From positions 149,415 through 213,414 of the forward strand of contig JAQGDQ010000398.1 in the NCBI GenBank assembly GCA_030141605.1: a stretch of DNA of 64,000 nt, in the 5' to 3' direction. Origin of the DNA: Tubiluchus corallicola (Eukaryota; Animalia; Priapulida). The stretch's first letter is position 1. The number at the start of each line of letters is the position of its first letter. Shown here piece by piece: positions 52,461-64,000 of the stretch. A program made the translations under genes and the position numbers. Below the pieces are notes generated by a model. It worked only from the letters and a program-made list of their open reading frames with translations. It did no database searches and was not told the origin of the DNA.

Positions 52461-53261
52461 ACACTTGTGGTTTATAATGGCTAAATTTTAGGCTTGCAAT
52501 CAATTGATGCATCATAATTGCTATTGACAGTAAAATTTAATTCATTTGCTTCCATTTCCAGATCGTTGAAGACTTTCCCCCTACGCGTTTGACTATGAAA
52601 GACTTGAGAGAAAGGTGTTCCATTCGTTCTTCATCAGATGCTGGTTATGTTGGGAAGTGTTGGAAAAAACGAATGCAGTTCGCATTCATTTCATTACGGA
52701 GACGGAATTAGGAGACTAAGCAATTTAACAAAATACCCATTCAGTAATGGTTATGAAATTGCTGCAACATACCAAATGTAGTAATTACAGAGCGCAAGTT
52801 ATGACAAATAAATCGAGATTTTTTTGTATTAAAATTATTAGATCTAGTTTGTATTATTTCAATATATCATATTATGAAACTTCTAAGTCGAGTATTTTTA
52901 ATTGTGCACTTACTTGAAAAGTAACCAAGCTTTCAGTTTGAGAGGCATTTGTTTGAAGATCTAGCCTATAACGTTAATGTGTTATTGTTCTTAAATGCAT
53001 TACATTGTACAACAAACAATAGTTCAATGTATGACGTCGCACTAGCACACCATTGTACAAAATGGTCACTCACTTCCACATAACGTTTCTTATTGTTATA
53101 ACATTTGCTTAATATAACAACAACCCCTGAAGCTACTGTTTTTTCACGATGGTCCATGAAATGAGTGAAGAAAGCACTTCTTTCTGAATCTCTTCACAGC
53201 ATCTTTTCACAATTTTCAGTCGAAAAGCAGTGAATCACGTTCTTTGGAAGTCTGAGCATAA

Positions 53262-53660
53262 TATGGCAAAACGTTCAGACACTTTAAAGTAAGAATATGT
53301 GAACACCTGGATATTTCGTCTAAAACTGGCAAGAAATCAAAGCATTCATGACCATATTTGTGCGTCTGGCCACAAAGCTAATTTTAATAACTTCAGCATT
53401 GTGACCAAATTTACAAATAGCTCGGGCATATTAATAAAAGAAAGTTTATCTATGTATGGTAACGAGCTTTCTTTTCTACAGGTCTGTTAATTCTTTACAT
53501 ATGTGGCTTCCTTGTAAATAAATAGTGAATTTCCTTACTGTAGTTTCTGCCTTAAAACTAGTTGTTTGTTTGTATAATCTATCACTGAAGGTGACTGCAG
53601 GCTGCAGTCGTAACGTTTGTGACATATTTTTAACATTTTATAGTTTTTTAATGAAAGTTG
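53262..53660 (+). mobile_element. Penelope-like element 3' fragment (GIY-YIG endonuclease end plus pLTR region)
   Basis: YGKTFRHFKVRICEHLDIS and SIHDHICASGHKANFNNFSIV...ILIKESL match Penelope GIY-YIG C-termini. Confidence 0.8.
53582..53622 (+). ncRNA. Degenerate minimal hammerhead ribozyme of the Penelope-like element
   Basis: CUGAAGG-U-GACUGCAG-G-CUGCAGUC-GUAAC-GUU: hammerhead core layout (CUGANGA...GAAA) with two core substitutions and a perfect 8-bp inverted repeat as stem II. Confidence 0.6.
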
Positions 53661-54938
53661 TTTTCTTTTTACGATGTTCAAAAATACTTATGATACCTAC
53701 GTGCATAAATAATAATTGCTGCTGCACATTTTTCTAAGAGTCGTCGATTTTTTAATACTTGTTTACTTGTAAGTTACTGAGAAACTCCTTTTCTAGTACG
53801 TGTAACAGATGAAGGTGGTCATAGTGCAAGATCATAGATCATAACATTCGACCTCAGCAAATGCACGATTCAATACTATTCATTACTAGTCAAATTAAAC
53901 AATTTCAGCTTTGTGTTACTTGCTTTGCATCTGAGGTAAATAACAATTTAACTTCATCTCAAAATGCATTCAAATCATAAGCAGAAAAATCGACACGAAA
54001 GAACGATATACATCATAACTAGAACAATTTTTTATATCAGATACATTTTTATATCATATATCAGGTACCTTGTAGTGACTTTAAGGTACACGACTGTTTG
54101 ACAAATTAATAATTTGTTCGATTTCTTTGTTATTCACGAGTTTTTGATAATTACCGGAACTTGTATGCACACACACACACAAACGAACATCCTTAATCCA
54201 GCAGCATAGTCATAATTATGTAATCATATTATACATCTTAATTTTACCAACACAGTGTAACTGAGCAGAAACTGAACTTTTTAGAAGTTCACTGCAAATA
54301 CACATGATTGATGCTAGCTAGCAAATTTGTAGCAGTAATTCGGTACTAACAATTATACCAGCTCAAAGGAGAACCGTGATTATCTAGTTGAACTCCTATG
54401 GACACAAAGCTTCAAATCCAACGTATTAGCTAATGTGTTTCGAATCTGCATAAAACAACAGTGAACTTTCAAACGCAATGATTGTACTCACTGCAACAAT
54501 AAGATATTTGTTTATTCTTAAGAATGCATTTAGGGATCAACTCTGAAAGTTTAATAGGTATTATAAAAAGTTTCCTAAAGATAGGTATAGTACTCTTACT
54601 TATTTTGATATTTTTCTTTACCGTTTAGATTATCATTCTTGAACTATGAACTACTAAGTTAAACTAACTTATGTTTCAGTTGCCCAATGTAAAAACTGGT
54701 TGTGATTTTTTAAGACCAAACCCAAAATACACGTTACACACATTTCACAAATGTATCAATCCCTGTTGCCTGGACTGAAGGTCATTGTCAGAAAACAATC
54801 ACACACGCCCAGATACGGTATGTTAGATACGTAATTAAAGAAAATCGTTTTGTGACACTCCATGAACTTTTGACGGGTTAGTGAACTATACTGAACACGA
54901 CTACCCGCACGATCAGTGAACTAAGTCACAAAACTTAC

Positions 54939-55125
54939 TTTTCCAGGCCCACAGCTGGAAAAAAATGGTAGCATTTAGAAGAGTTGCAAAGTCAGCGGTA
55001 CATGTGTCTGATGAGTTTTGACAAACAAAATCAGCAAGGTCATCTATCCGTGCATCAAGAGGAACTTTTCTATCAAAATCGCCAATGTTCAAGTTGGATG
55101 CCACATGCGGATACGGTAGATACAT
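54939..55125 (-). CDS. N-terminal NRF-domain exon of a second NRF-6-like gene (orphan, possibly pseudogenic)
   Basis: ...SDTCTADFATLLNATIFFQLWAWK then A|GTAAGT donor, matching the SxxCxxD...WAxKM start of the NRF domain; the following exon was not found. Confidence 0.6.
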
Positions 55126-55984
55126 ATTGTCACAGTTTTTATGGATCGCAAAATTGAAAACTTGATAACAGCAACGGTTGTGTATATATTATTGATACAC
55201 TCTGGCGTCCCCATAGATGTTCATAATCAGCAGAATTATGCCATCTAGTTTGCTTTTTATAGATTGTCCGATTCTAGTGTTCTGACCTTCTAAATAGTTT
55301 GTTAGGTGTGGTCGAATGGTGTTGGGAACGAAAATTTTGAATTATTTGAAGCATTTTAAAATGTTGTATGAATTCGTACATCAGCTTTACTATCGCGTAG
55401 AAAACAAAAATAAAAATCGCAAATCATTCTAGGGTGCCTTTCCGCGGAGGAATAAACTTATTATTCTAGTATCAATATACTTCTCTAAGTTCTTTAAGGG
55501 CTGATTTTGTGCAAATGAGAAAAATATCAAACTAGTAACATTAACACACTGCATTTACTTTGAATTGAGCCACTGTGACTAAACAGTAAATAAATGATCG
55601 GCTGTGATAAAAATTTAATTTTTTACATTATAAGAGCGAATTATGACAATTTGCAACGTCTGATTACAAAATTTAATATTCACGAAGTGCTTGTTATGAA
55701 ACAATTTTTTTAATTTACTAATGACTAGGACAAGAATGTCTTGAAGTAATTAGGAGCTGATGTTATTGACCAATACTGCTATTTATTACCCGCCAATTGT
55801 AAGGTCCATACAACTTTTTGTTTTTCAGAACCGAACGGATATGACCAAGGCAAAAGGGTTTCACAAAACTACAAAGACAAAAACATCTATTTTTGGGTAA
55901 AGTACCTGGTACCAAGCTCATACTTGATAGTGTTGCATTTCGTTTTTGAGTAGTTTGAGTTATAAATACTAACAGTACAACGTC

Positions 55985-56792
55985 GAAGCCGATACGGCTA
56001 AATCAGTGCGAGTCAGATGTCCATGAAACCATAAAAGAATTAGCACTGAGACGCTTGCGCGCGAGAAGAGATGGCCGCGCAAAGTCCACCTCCACTTGGC
56101 AGATAGAGTGTAGATCGGCGGCATGAAGAGACACGACGGCCGCACTCATAATCTGTTGCACCGCAGTGAAGACAACCAGAAAACAGGCCGAATCGGCAAA
56201 GTGAACTGCTAGCTTCTCGATGAGCCATGCCATGCCAGAAGACGTGTTGCCAGCCTTGCACGCCATGAACCATCATCCACACAAGCTGCTGCCCTTGTGC
56301 TTGGGTGCCTTCATCCGCTTTTACAGCCGTTGGGAGTGGAAGATTCCTCATACTAAGCCGCCAAGTTAAATCAATTTGTATCCTAAGCAAAAAAGCAAGC
56401 AGCTCGTGCCTGGTTACACCTTACAGTAAAGAGAACCTGTTAAACTATGTTAAAAGCATTAGATTATGATAGATAATTATGTTGATGAATGCTGGTATGA
56501 AGCCAGTTAAGGAGTGGTATCACGTGAGTAAGTGATTCAGAATCGAGGTGTCGGATCTCCGGCACGATATATAAGCCATGCGATGCGCCCAACTCAGGGA
56601 ATTGAGATTAGATTGAGTCTGGGAGCCGGAGCAGAGAGGCTAGATCAGGGGCTTGGCATTACTATCTGTTATATTTATTGTGTTTGATGTTTAATAAACG
56701 TGTCGTTTTATAATCAAACGTTTTGCCACGTCCTTCATAGTTTTGTCATGTCCTAAAACACCAATAATCAGCTATACACAAGCAATACAACG
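55985..56792 (+). mobile_element. LTR retrotransposon remnant: GC-rich internal 3' segment plus LTR (56438-56792)
   Basis: Purine-rich tract then TGTTAAA start, TATATAA near 56569, AATAAA near 56693, end ...ATACAAC; similar to the LTR at ~21 kb. Confidence 0.55.
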
Positions 56793-56869
56793 AATTAATT
56801 TTACTCCTTACTGCACAATAATTATTATATGAACAAGCCTAAAATTTAGATTTAAGCTAGGACTCTATG

Positions 56870-57505
56870 TGCACGCAATGCCTAATGCGTGATCTGTGAT
56901 CCGTAATGCGTGATGCGTATTGACTGTTTCCATGTGTCCGTAAACGCTACGCGTATTAACAAAGCCCACGGCGCTCTTTCCGCAATTTTAGTCGCTATTC
57001 GTAAAAAGTGCAAGCCATAATTTTTGGAAACCATGTCTCTGTCTAAATTAAGGTGTGATAATTACAGATGCGGCATTAGCTTTTTATTGTACTATTCCAC
57101 GAAAAAGTTCAAAAGAGAGCACAGGTTTTGGGTGCACAACATTTTTGCAGAGGAGAAAACAATATGGCGTATATCATCATTTTAGTGAAAAACTACAGTT
57201 ACATACACATCATATAACATGCTTCTTCCACCTCTCAAAAACTCAAATAGAAAAAATATTATTGTTTATACGTCCTAAAGCGACTAGAACTCACCTAACT
57301 AGAATTTTCAGAAAGTAGCGAAAACGGTCACCTGAAAACGGTCACCTGAAACTCGCTATAATCACTCACAACAGCGGTTTCCTGTATGCGCATTGCTACG
57401 TAATGCGTGTTCGAACGATAGTGATGCGTGATCCGTAATACGTATACAATAGTTTGTATTTAAACGGTTAGAAGTGTTTCCTTGTTTAACGCAAATGCGT
57501 AACCT
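56870..57505 (+). mobile_element. PIF/Harbinger transposon remnant
   Basis: FWVHNI then (frameshift) RRKQYGVYHH...FFHLSKTQIEKILLFIRP resembles HARBI1-type transposase N-termini; flanking taatgcgtgatccgtaatgcgt subrepeats. Confidence 0.7.
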
Positions 57506-57972
57506 GTAATACCTCCGGACATGCCTTCGTTAAGAAAAAAGGAGACTTACATATGACAGACTCTTTGTTAAGTCTTTGTTTTGTGATGTTTTGTATTATT
57601 TTGCGGCAGACGATTGCAGTCATACTCTAGGTACAGCGTTCCTAGATAGTTTATTGGCGTTGCTGCAGCACGACAGATAGGCGATTCGTTTCAGACAAAG
57701 GGGGTGTTCTATCTCATTGCACTGAAGTGAAAAATCGAAAAAAATATTTCAAAGTGCTCGGAGAAAAGGAATATTGGCTCACGAAGTATATCTTTGCTCC
57801 TAGAAGTTTTGTAATATGACATTAATAGGCAAAAATAAATCATTTATCTGTTTATTTAGTCTTCTATTATATATATATATATATAGTATGTGTAATGTAT
57901 ATATATATATATATATACATTACATATATTACATGTAGGCAGGCTGCCATATAGTTACTGATTAAAAAGTAA

Positions 57973-59106
57973 CCTTGCTGGAACTCTCGGGAAGCGAAAA
58001 ATGCGAAATTTGGACATTTTGTCACATTCTTGCAATTTATAGTTGTGCATAGATTGATGATTCTAGTCTTACTTTTTATGTAAGTCACCTACTACCCAGT
58101 GTCTACCCGATTATCTATTTCAGCGTACCCAAGAAGTGGTTCTACATTTGTCGGTGACATTTTCAGCAACGATCCCGAAGTGTTTTATATATTTGAACCT
58201 GCTTGGTTTGAAGAAGCCCAGATTTTTGGTCCAGGAGATGGGAAAGGATGACGTAGTGGACCCTTGACAGTGATGACCCAGAAGTTGATAGGAAATCTTG
58301 CCTCGTGCAATTATACTGGCGAACACATGCTGAATTTTTTACGCTATAACGAGAAAAGACGCAAAACCTATCATTCTCGAGCACTTGCTAGGGAAAAAGG
58401 GTGTGATGACGAAAACTTTGGAAGCAGAGTAAACAAATGTTGGGCAGCTCCACCTTCTGGCTATTTACATCTTTCTCCACTAGAGTGGACAAAAGTTTGT
58501 CAAAATTACAATACCCATGTCTACAAAGTTTTTCGCCTGCGTGTAGTAGACGTCTTGCCGTTACTGAATCTTCCTGGATATAGCGTAAAAGTTTTATACA
58601 TGATTCGAGATCCAAGGGCAATTATAAAATCTAGAATGCAGTTAGGGTGGCTGAAAAATCTCACTTGTGAGGCACATGGTCAGGATAATCCATCCACACT
58701 ATGCTATGACATGATGGATGACTATGAGAGTGCAATGAGATTAAACTTACCCAGTGACATAATGAAAATTATAAAATATGAGGAGATAGCATACGACCCT
58801 ATTACCAAAATAAAGGAACTATTTGAATTTGTTGGACTTAATTAAACAGAAAATATTGACAAATACCTTAAGAAGAATGCCCTAGCAAAGACAGGCGGAG
58901 CAGGTGGAATTCGTACAAGTAGTAAGAACTCTACAAAAACAGCAAACGCTTGGAAGGACAAACTAACTGAGTCAGAAATAGTCATGATTGAAAAACAGTG
59001 TGGGGAATTCTTAAATCGTGCTGGTTACAAATTTATGCACATGAAAGGCAAATCCTACATATCACTTTTGCGAAATTTAAAAATAGCAAATGGCTATATT
59101 CGGTAA
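57973..59106 (+). pseudogene. Carbohydrate 6-O-sulfotransferase (CHST1/GlcNAc6ST-like) with in-frame stops
   Basis: One frame carries the 5'-PSB motif AYPRSGSTFVG, FYIFEP, the 3'-PB motif IRDPRAIIKSR, KYEEIAYDP and WKDKL..EIVMIEKQC; stops TGA 58249-58251 and TAA 58843-58845, plus TAA 58081-58083 after an upstream hydrophobic stretch; terminal TAA 59104-59106; AATAAA near 59193. Confidence 0.9.
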
Positions 59107-59625
59107 ATCTATTTCTCGTACTACAAAACAACTAATATTGCATAGATTAGAGTGGTTTCTATTTTTTTCTGTAAGAATTATAGCTGTTACAAAATAAAAG
59201 CGTTATTACCTAGAATAATCTTCATAATAATAGTAATAATAATAATATATTACATTGTCAGTAATTCTGTCGCTTAAAGCTGGAGAAAAATATTTCGTGC
59301 ATTCTTATAAACTTACAAGCATCGGAAGCAAGCACTTGCAAACCAGCGTGAGTGTCTGTTGTGTTGCTCGCCCTTATCAACGTTGGGGGCATTCGCTTTT
59401 GTCCATGCACAAGCCAGCTAAATAAAATTTGGTCTTTGTCAAGATAGTTTTAGTCTTTAGACAGCGTGTTTTTTAAGTTTTTTTTGTAAAATGTGCATTT
59501 TTAATGTAATAAGACTGCGATTACATCAATTTTAAATAAATGCCCTTCATTATTGTTGTTGTTGCTGTTGTTGTTGCTACTGCTGTTGATCTTGTTGTTA
59601 ATGTTGTTGTTGTTGGTATTATTAT

Positions 59626-59770
<145 letters not shown>

Positions 59771-60980
59771 TTTACCAGGTGTAACGTGCTTTAGGTATGA
59801 AGGCAAGAAATTTTGACATTTGTCGAATTAAAATCTATTTTGTGAAGATTAGCAAAATATTCAGAAGATATTGAAGTACTTGAACAGAAGTTGCAAGTAA
59901 AACAATGTAATCGGCATAAAGCAAATAGTTAATGATGTTCCCTGTTGATGCGTAGAGTTGCACAATAGTTATTTTATATTGGAAACGACTAACTACTGTT
60001 TGTGTTTATAAATGAACAGAGACACATTGAATTATTAGAGTACCTTTAGCGGAGTACCCGGACATCTGGGAGTTACGACGCATTGAAAAGGATTTTATTC
60101 AGTTCGAGGTTTGCAACAATGTGCTGCCATCTGTTAGCCGATTCAATAATATCTGACGCTGCTTGTGTAATATTTTACAACCAGGCTCTACAATTAGCAT
60201 TATCAGTGCAAAACAATAAAAATTGAGTCCTCACAACCAAGTAATACTAAGAAAGTATAAAACCCTGAACTGTGTCGAAAAAAATCAAATTAGAAAACTT
60301 GGTATGTACTCGTACACGATGGTTGAATGTGTCAAAAAATGACATTTGCCCACAATTTACCAGATTTTCCTGTAGGGGTCACTACTTTTAAACACATTTT
60401 AAGGCACGTTCTGTTGTGGCTTAACTCTGATTCCAAATTTCTGTTGCCTCAAAGCCAATAACTGTATTACAAGGTGTTGTTCTGCTACAGTTCATACCAC
60501 CGCAACGGGACCTACACGTTAATAACACTTACATGGTGATAATTCCTGTATAAGTTTTAAAAAACTGCCTAATCTGAACCAAATACACTGCGTTTAAATT
60601 AATAAGAGTTACGACGGAACATCTTCCCTAAAATCCGCAAATGTCGACGGTATATTCACCGCATTGTAGAAAGCTGATCAGTAAGAGTGTATGCTACTAT
60701 TTTTCGCAACGGACTTTGACAAAAGTGGCAAGATCCTCACCTGAAGAAATAGACATTTTTTCTATATTAGATCAATTGAATAAAATCGAAACGTTTGTAC
60801 AAAACTGCAACGCCGTTACAAATGCAAATGATATAGCCAATATCAGAAGGTGAGTTTAAGGTCAAACCGCAAGAGTGGAGAATATTCAATGCGCACACAC
60901 CCAATTTAAAGTGCGACGGTAACGGATTTCCCTCCGTTAGCAAGTGCGACCGAGGGTAATAAACCTTCAGGATTAATTCT

Positions 60981-61473
60981 TCTTCTTCTTCCCAGCTTTT
61001 CCCTATTCGGGGTCGCCCTTCTGAATGAGTTTTCTCCACGCATTCCTGTTGTTGACCATCTCTTCCTTTATGTCTTCAATTCCCACAAGATCTTCACCGA
61101 CTCTTCTTTTCAGGTGTCCATACCATCGCAATCTTGCGAGGCTTCCACTACTTTTACTGTTCCTCTGATATTATTATTTCTAATTTATCTCTTCTTGTTA
61201 TTCCCACCATCCATCTCATCATCCTCATCTCCACCACACCCATTTTCTTCTCTTCGGTCTTCTTTAGAGAAGCTGCTTCCAGCCCATAGATTAAAGCGGG
61301 TCTGACCATTTCTTTGTGGACTTTCCCTTTGAGTCTCACCGATTCATTCATAGAAGGTTTTGGCGCAGTTTTTACAGGCGGATGCCCTTCCTGACCCTAA
61401 CCCTCCCTATTTATCCGGGCTTGGGACCGGCACTGAGTTGGGCTGGCTTGCCCCCCCCCCAAGTGGCTAGATT
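60981..61473 (-). mobile_element. 493-bp internally deleted RTE derivative (LINE-derived SINE-like) with 18-bp TSD
   Basis: TSD ACCTTCAGGATTAATTCT at 60963-60980 and 61474-61491; (GAA)n tail; RTE C-terminal VRLKGKVHKEMVRPALIYG...EMRMMRWMVGITRRDK; RTE-type 5' UTR joined directly to it. Confidence 0.92.
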
Positions 61474-61474
61474 A
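61396..61474 (-). ncRNA. Twister ribozyme (type P1 with P3), present as the 3' cleavage product at the element's 5' end
   Basis: Minus strand U|AA-UCUA-GC-CACU...AGUG-CCGG-UCCCAAGC-CCGG-AUAAA-UAGG-GAGGG reproduces the twister core GCCGGUCCCAAGCCCGGAUAAA...GAGGG with intact P2 (UCUA/UAGG), P3 (CACU/AGUG) and P4. Confidence 0.88.
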
Positions 61475-62160
61475 CCTTCAGGATTAATTCTGCGAGGCCA
61501 AAAACCAGATCTCGTATTAATGTTACCGACAAACCTAAAATCATCTATGGTAACAGAAAGGAAGACATTAGCACGAAACGAAAAAGCATTCAGAGAAAGC
61601 TACACTGAACAAGATATTAAAACTGATATTGAAATGTAAAATGTGCCTTCGACGTCCATTGAAAGATTTCAAAACAGCAATAAATATCTACCATAACTGT
61701 TTCACTCGACCAACTCGACATTTTATATAAGCCAAACTTTTGGCCTGAAGGAATTGGTCGAGAAAGTAATTATGAAAACAACATTACTGACGGCCCGCCT
61801 ACTCTAACTGTAAGTAATTAGTCATAGCGAACAGTAATCAAATTAATAATCTACGCTTGCTGTCTTACAACTGCGCTGGACTATCTAACCAAAAAGTTCA
61901 ATTCATAAACAATGTGTGCTTTGAAGAATAACACGCAGATATATGCGCTATTAATCAACACTGGTTGCACAAAACAGCAATTACAAAAATAAGCCTAGGA
62001 TATAGTGAAACTGACTAGTACAACAGTTCACGTGCTATAAGAGACAATGAAATATTACGAGACAGGTTATAGTGGAACTGGTATAATATGGAAAAAAACT
62101 TAGTATTTGAATAACCCCCCATTAATTGTGAGTATGGGAGGGTTACAGCCTTTAATGGTG

Positions 62161-62370
62161 TATATTGTTTTGGCTGGTGACTTTAACTAACGTCAGCCCT
62201 GTATTTGAGGAATGTTTGACCAGCTTGTCCAAGATTGTGAACCAGTACAACTATATTGTTTTGGCTGCTGACTTTAACTAACATCAGCCCTGAGTTTGAG
62301 GAATGCTAGACCAGCATATTCGAGATTGTGAATCAGTAAAACTATGGTATTTGGGCTGGTGACTTTAACT
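62161..62370 (+). repeat. 91-bp tandem duplication (2.3 copies) of the LINE endonuclease GDFN-coding segment
   Basis: tatattgttttggctggtgactttaact-like starts at 62161, 62252 and 62343. Confidence 0.88.
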
Positions 62371-62709
62371 GCGATCTGAGTAGAGACACTGAGCAAGTGC
62401 GCATGCTTAAACAATTTATACGTGAGAAAAACCTTATTGTTGCAGTTAATTTAAATATGTCCAATGTTGATTATACATGTTATAATGCTGGTTTTAATAA
62501 ATTTTCCACAATTGATCACTTCATTGTCTCGGATAACTTTATAAATCATGTTGCTGAGGCCGGTGTCTGGCATTATACAGATAACTGTTCTGATCAGTCC
62601 CCTATTACTTTGACTCTTAAAGCAAAACCGGAGCCAATGTTAGACTGTTCGTAAAAACAACCTATTCTTTGAAATATTGAAAGTAAACATACCACTTTTA
62701 AAAAAAAAA

Positions 62710-62962
62710 ATACATGAAAGAATTATTACCACCACAAACGCAATTTCGCGATCGCGCCATTAGTTCTTCGCTGTTATAAGCATTTCGCCATTCGTTATTT
62801 AGACGGGCACTATCGCCTGCATTTCGGAAAACGTTTCGCAAAAAAACATGTGCTGTACCTCTCAATTCAGATGTGATAGTTTGTGACTAATTGCACACGT
62901 TCGACAGCTCATGCGTGAGTACAGCGGTAAATTTGAACTTTGAATTTTTATCTTAAAACTTG
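62710..62962 (-). repeat. Dispersed repeat, diverged copy 2 (inverted relative to 21960-22190)
   Basis: Reverse complement aligns with 21960-22190. Confidence 0.85.
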
Positions 62963-63446
62963 AAGAGTTTTAGTGCAACACACTGAATCGCTTACAGTAA
63001 CACTGTACTTTAATTTTCGCTTTCACAAACATGTGCAACACGCTCATGGAATGTTTTTGCTGTTAAAAATTATGTTAGTTTGTGATGTTGTCACTAGTTG
63101 GGCTCGCCCGCCGTTTTGCAGTATTATTGGTGTTATTATTTTACTCACATACATAGAAATCACAGTCAGGTTTTAACTTTAGAAATTTTAGAAAACTGAT
63201 TGTATAATTTAGAAGGTGGTAAACTACTAGCCTAATATACTTACTTTTAGATAATATAAAACTAATAGTTAATAAAGTTATTGAAGAATTTAAAGGATTA
63301 TATTACAAAACAAAACAATGTTTTAGTATACACCTTTATTTGAGTGGTTATGTAGAACATAGTTTAATTTCATGAAATTGTCTGGTTCCGTATAAAAAAC
63401 GATTTGGAGATTTATAACTTTAATATCCCTATCCGAGTCATTCTAG

Positions 63447-63609
63447 TGATTGCAGTAGTCTGGACCTCCATGAGCTGATTATCTCACGACTACATGATCA
63501 TTACTAGTCTACTGTGACAATTACGAGTCTGATGACTGCAGTGGTCTGGAGCTATATGAGCTGATTATCTCACGACTACATGATCATTACTAGTCTAGTG
63601 TGACAATTA
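63447..63609. repeat. ~86-bp tandem duplication
   Basis: tgcagt.gtctgga.ct..atgagctgattatctcacgactacatgatcattactagtcta.tgtgacaatt occurs twice. Confidence 0.9.
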
Positions 63610-64000
63610 AAATCTCAAAGTTAATGGACTCACATTAGGGGAGTCAATTAACTGAGTCCCCGTTACTATTTTACAATGAATGATAAAACTGTTCTGACTG
63701 CACCAGTGACCTAAAACTCGTTCTACATGATACACATATCAAGCCATAATTCTGTAAGTCAGGTTTAACCGTCGAAGGCACTCCACATATTAATTATGTC
63801 TATCATGATTCTAACTTTCATTGCAGTTTTACGCAAACTAAAACCGGTTAGTACGAAAAGACGAAAAAAATCGCCACATTTAGCGGAAAAAGAAGCAACG
63901 ACAAGTGAAAATATGAAATTCACAATAATCTCGTGTTGCTTTTGAAGCTTAAATGCTTTACATATTTGATTGATCATCATTTAGACATTTTCATTCTATC

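Larger units (their letters stand above)
60560..62660 (+). mobile_element. Decayed LINE 5' half (ORF1 plus AP endonuclease), host of the RTE-derived insertion
   Basis: PNFWPEGI (ORF1 C-terminal motif); LSYNCAG, DICAINQHWL, LAGDFN, STIDHFIVS, SDQSPI endonuclease motifs with frameshifts; left boundary approximate. Confidence 0.75.

Noticed and set aside
54740-54830. Possible further NRF-domain exon (LGVC..C..D-like)
   Set aside because: Needs a frameshift, lacks convincing splice sites and skips the expected DAxGK exon.
56003-56390. Minus-strand ORFs as host genes
   Set aside because: No recognisable motifs; GC-rich segment adjoining an LTR, better explained as retroelement internal sequence.
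58249-58251. Selenocysteine or read-through at the sulfotransferase TGA, or a variant genetic code
   Set aside because: TAA stops interrupt the same frame, and the NRF-6-like exons use standard coding with no internal TAA/TGA and end in TGA.

Overview
AT-rich animal (invertebrate-like) genomic DNA with spliceosomal introns and a very high load of decayed mobile DNA. No prokaryotic systems, rRNA or CRISPR arrays are present. Host genes: (1) the last eight coding exons of an NRF-6-like acyltransferase-3 family gene on + (69-10343; 5' part lies outside the window); (2) an apparently orphan N-terminal NRF-domain exon of a paralog on - (~54939-55125); (3) a carbohydrate 6-O-sulfotransferase (CHST-type) pseudogene with in-frame stops (~57973-59106); (4) weaker candidates: a DUF229-like first exon, a small secreted Cys-containing ORF and an unexplained two-exon fragment. 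Mobile DNA includes CR1/L2-group LINEs (one near full length, one split by an LTR-like insertion), RTE fragments, a Penelope fragment, piggyBac, Tc1/mariner, PIF/Harbinger, MITEs with TSDs, foldback-type elements, LTRs and a tRNA-derived SINE, plus several satellites (88, 73, 25 and ~137 bp units). The most striking observation is a 493-bp internally deleted RTE derivative at 60981-61473 (minus strand, 18-bp TSD) whose 5' end is a twister self-cleaving ribozyme starting exactly at the predicted cleavage site. All calls are by eye from the sequence; no database searches were run.
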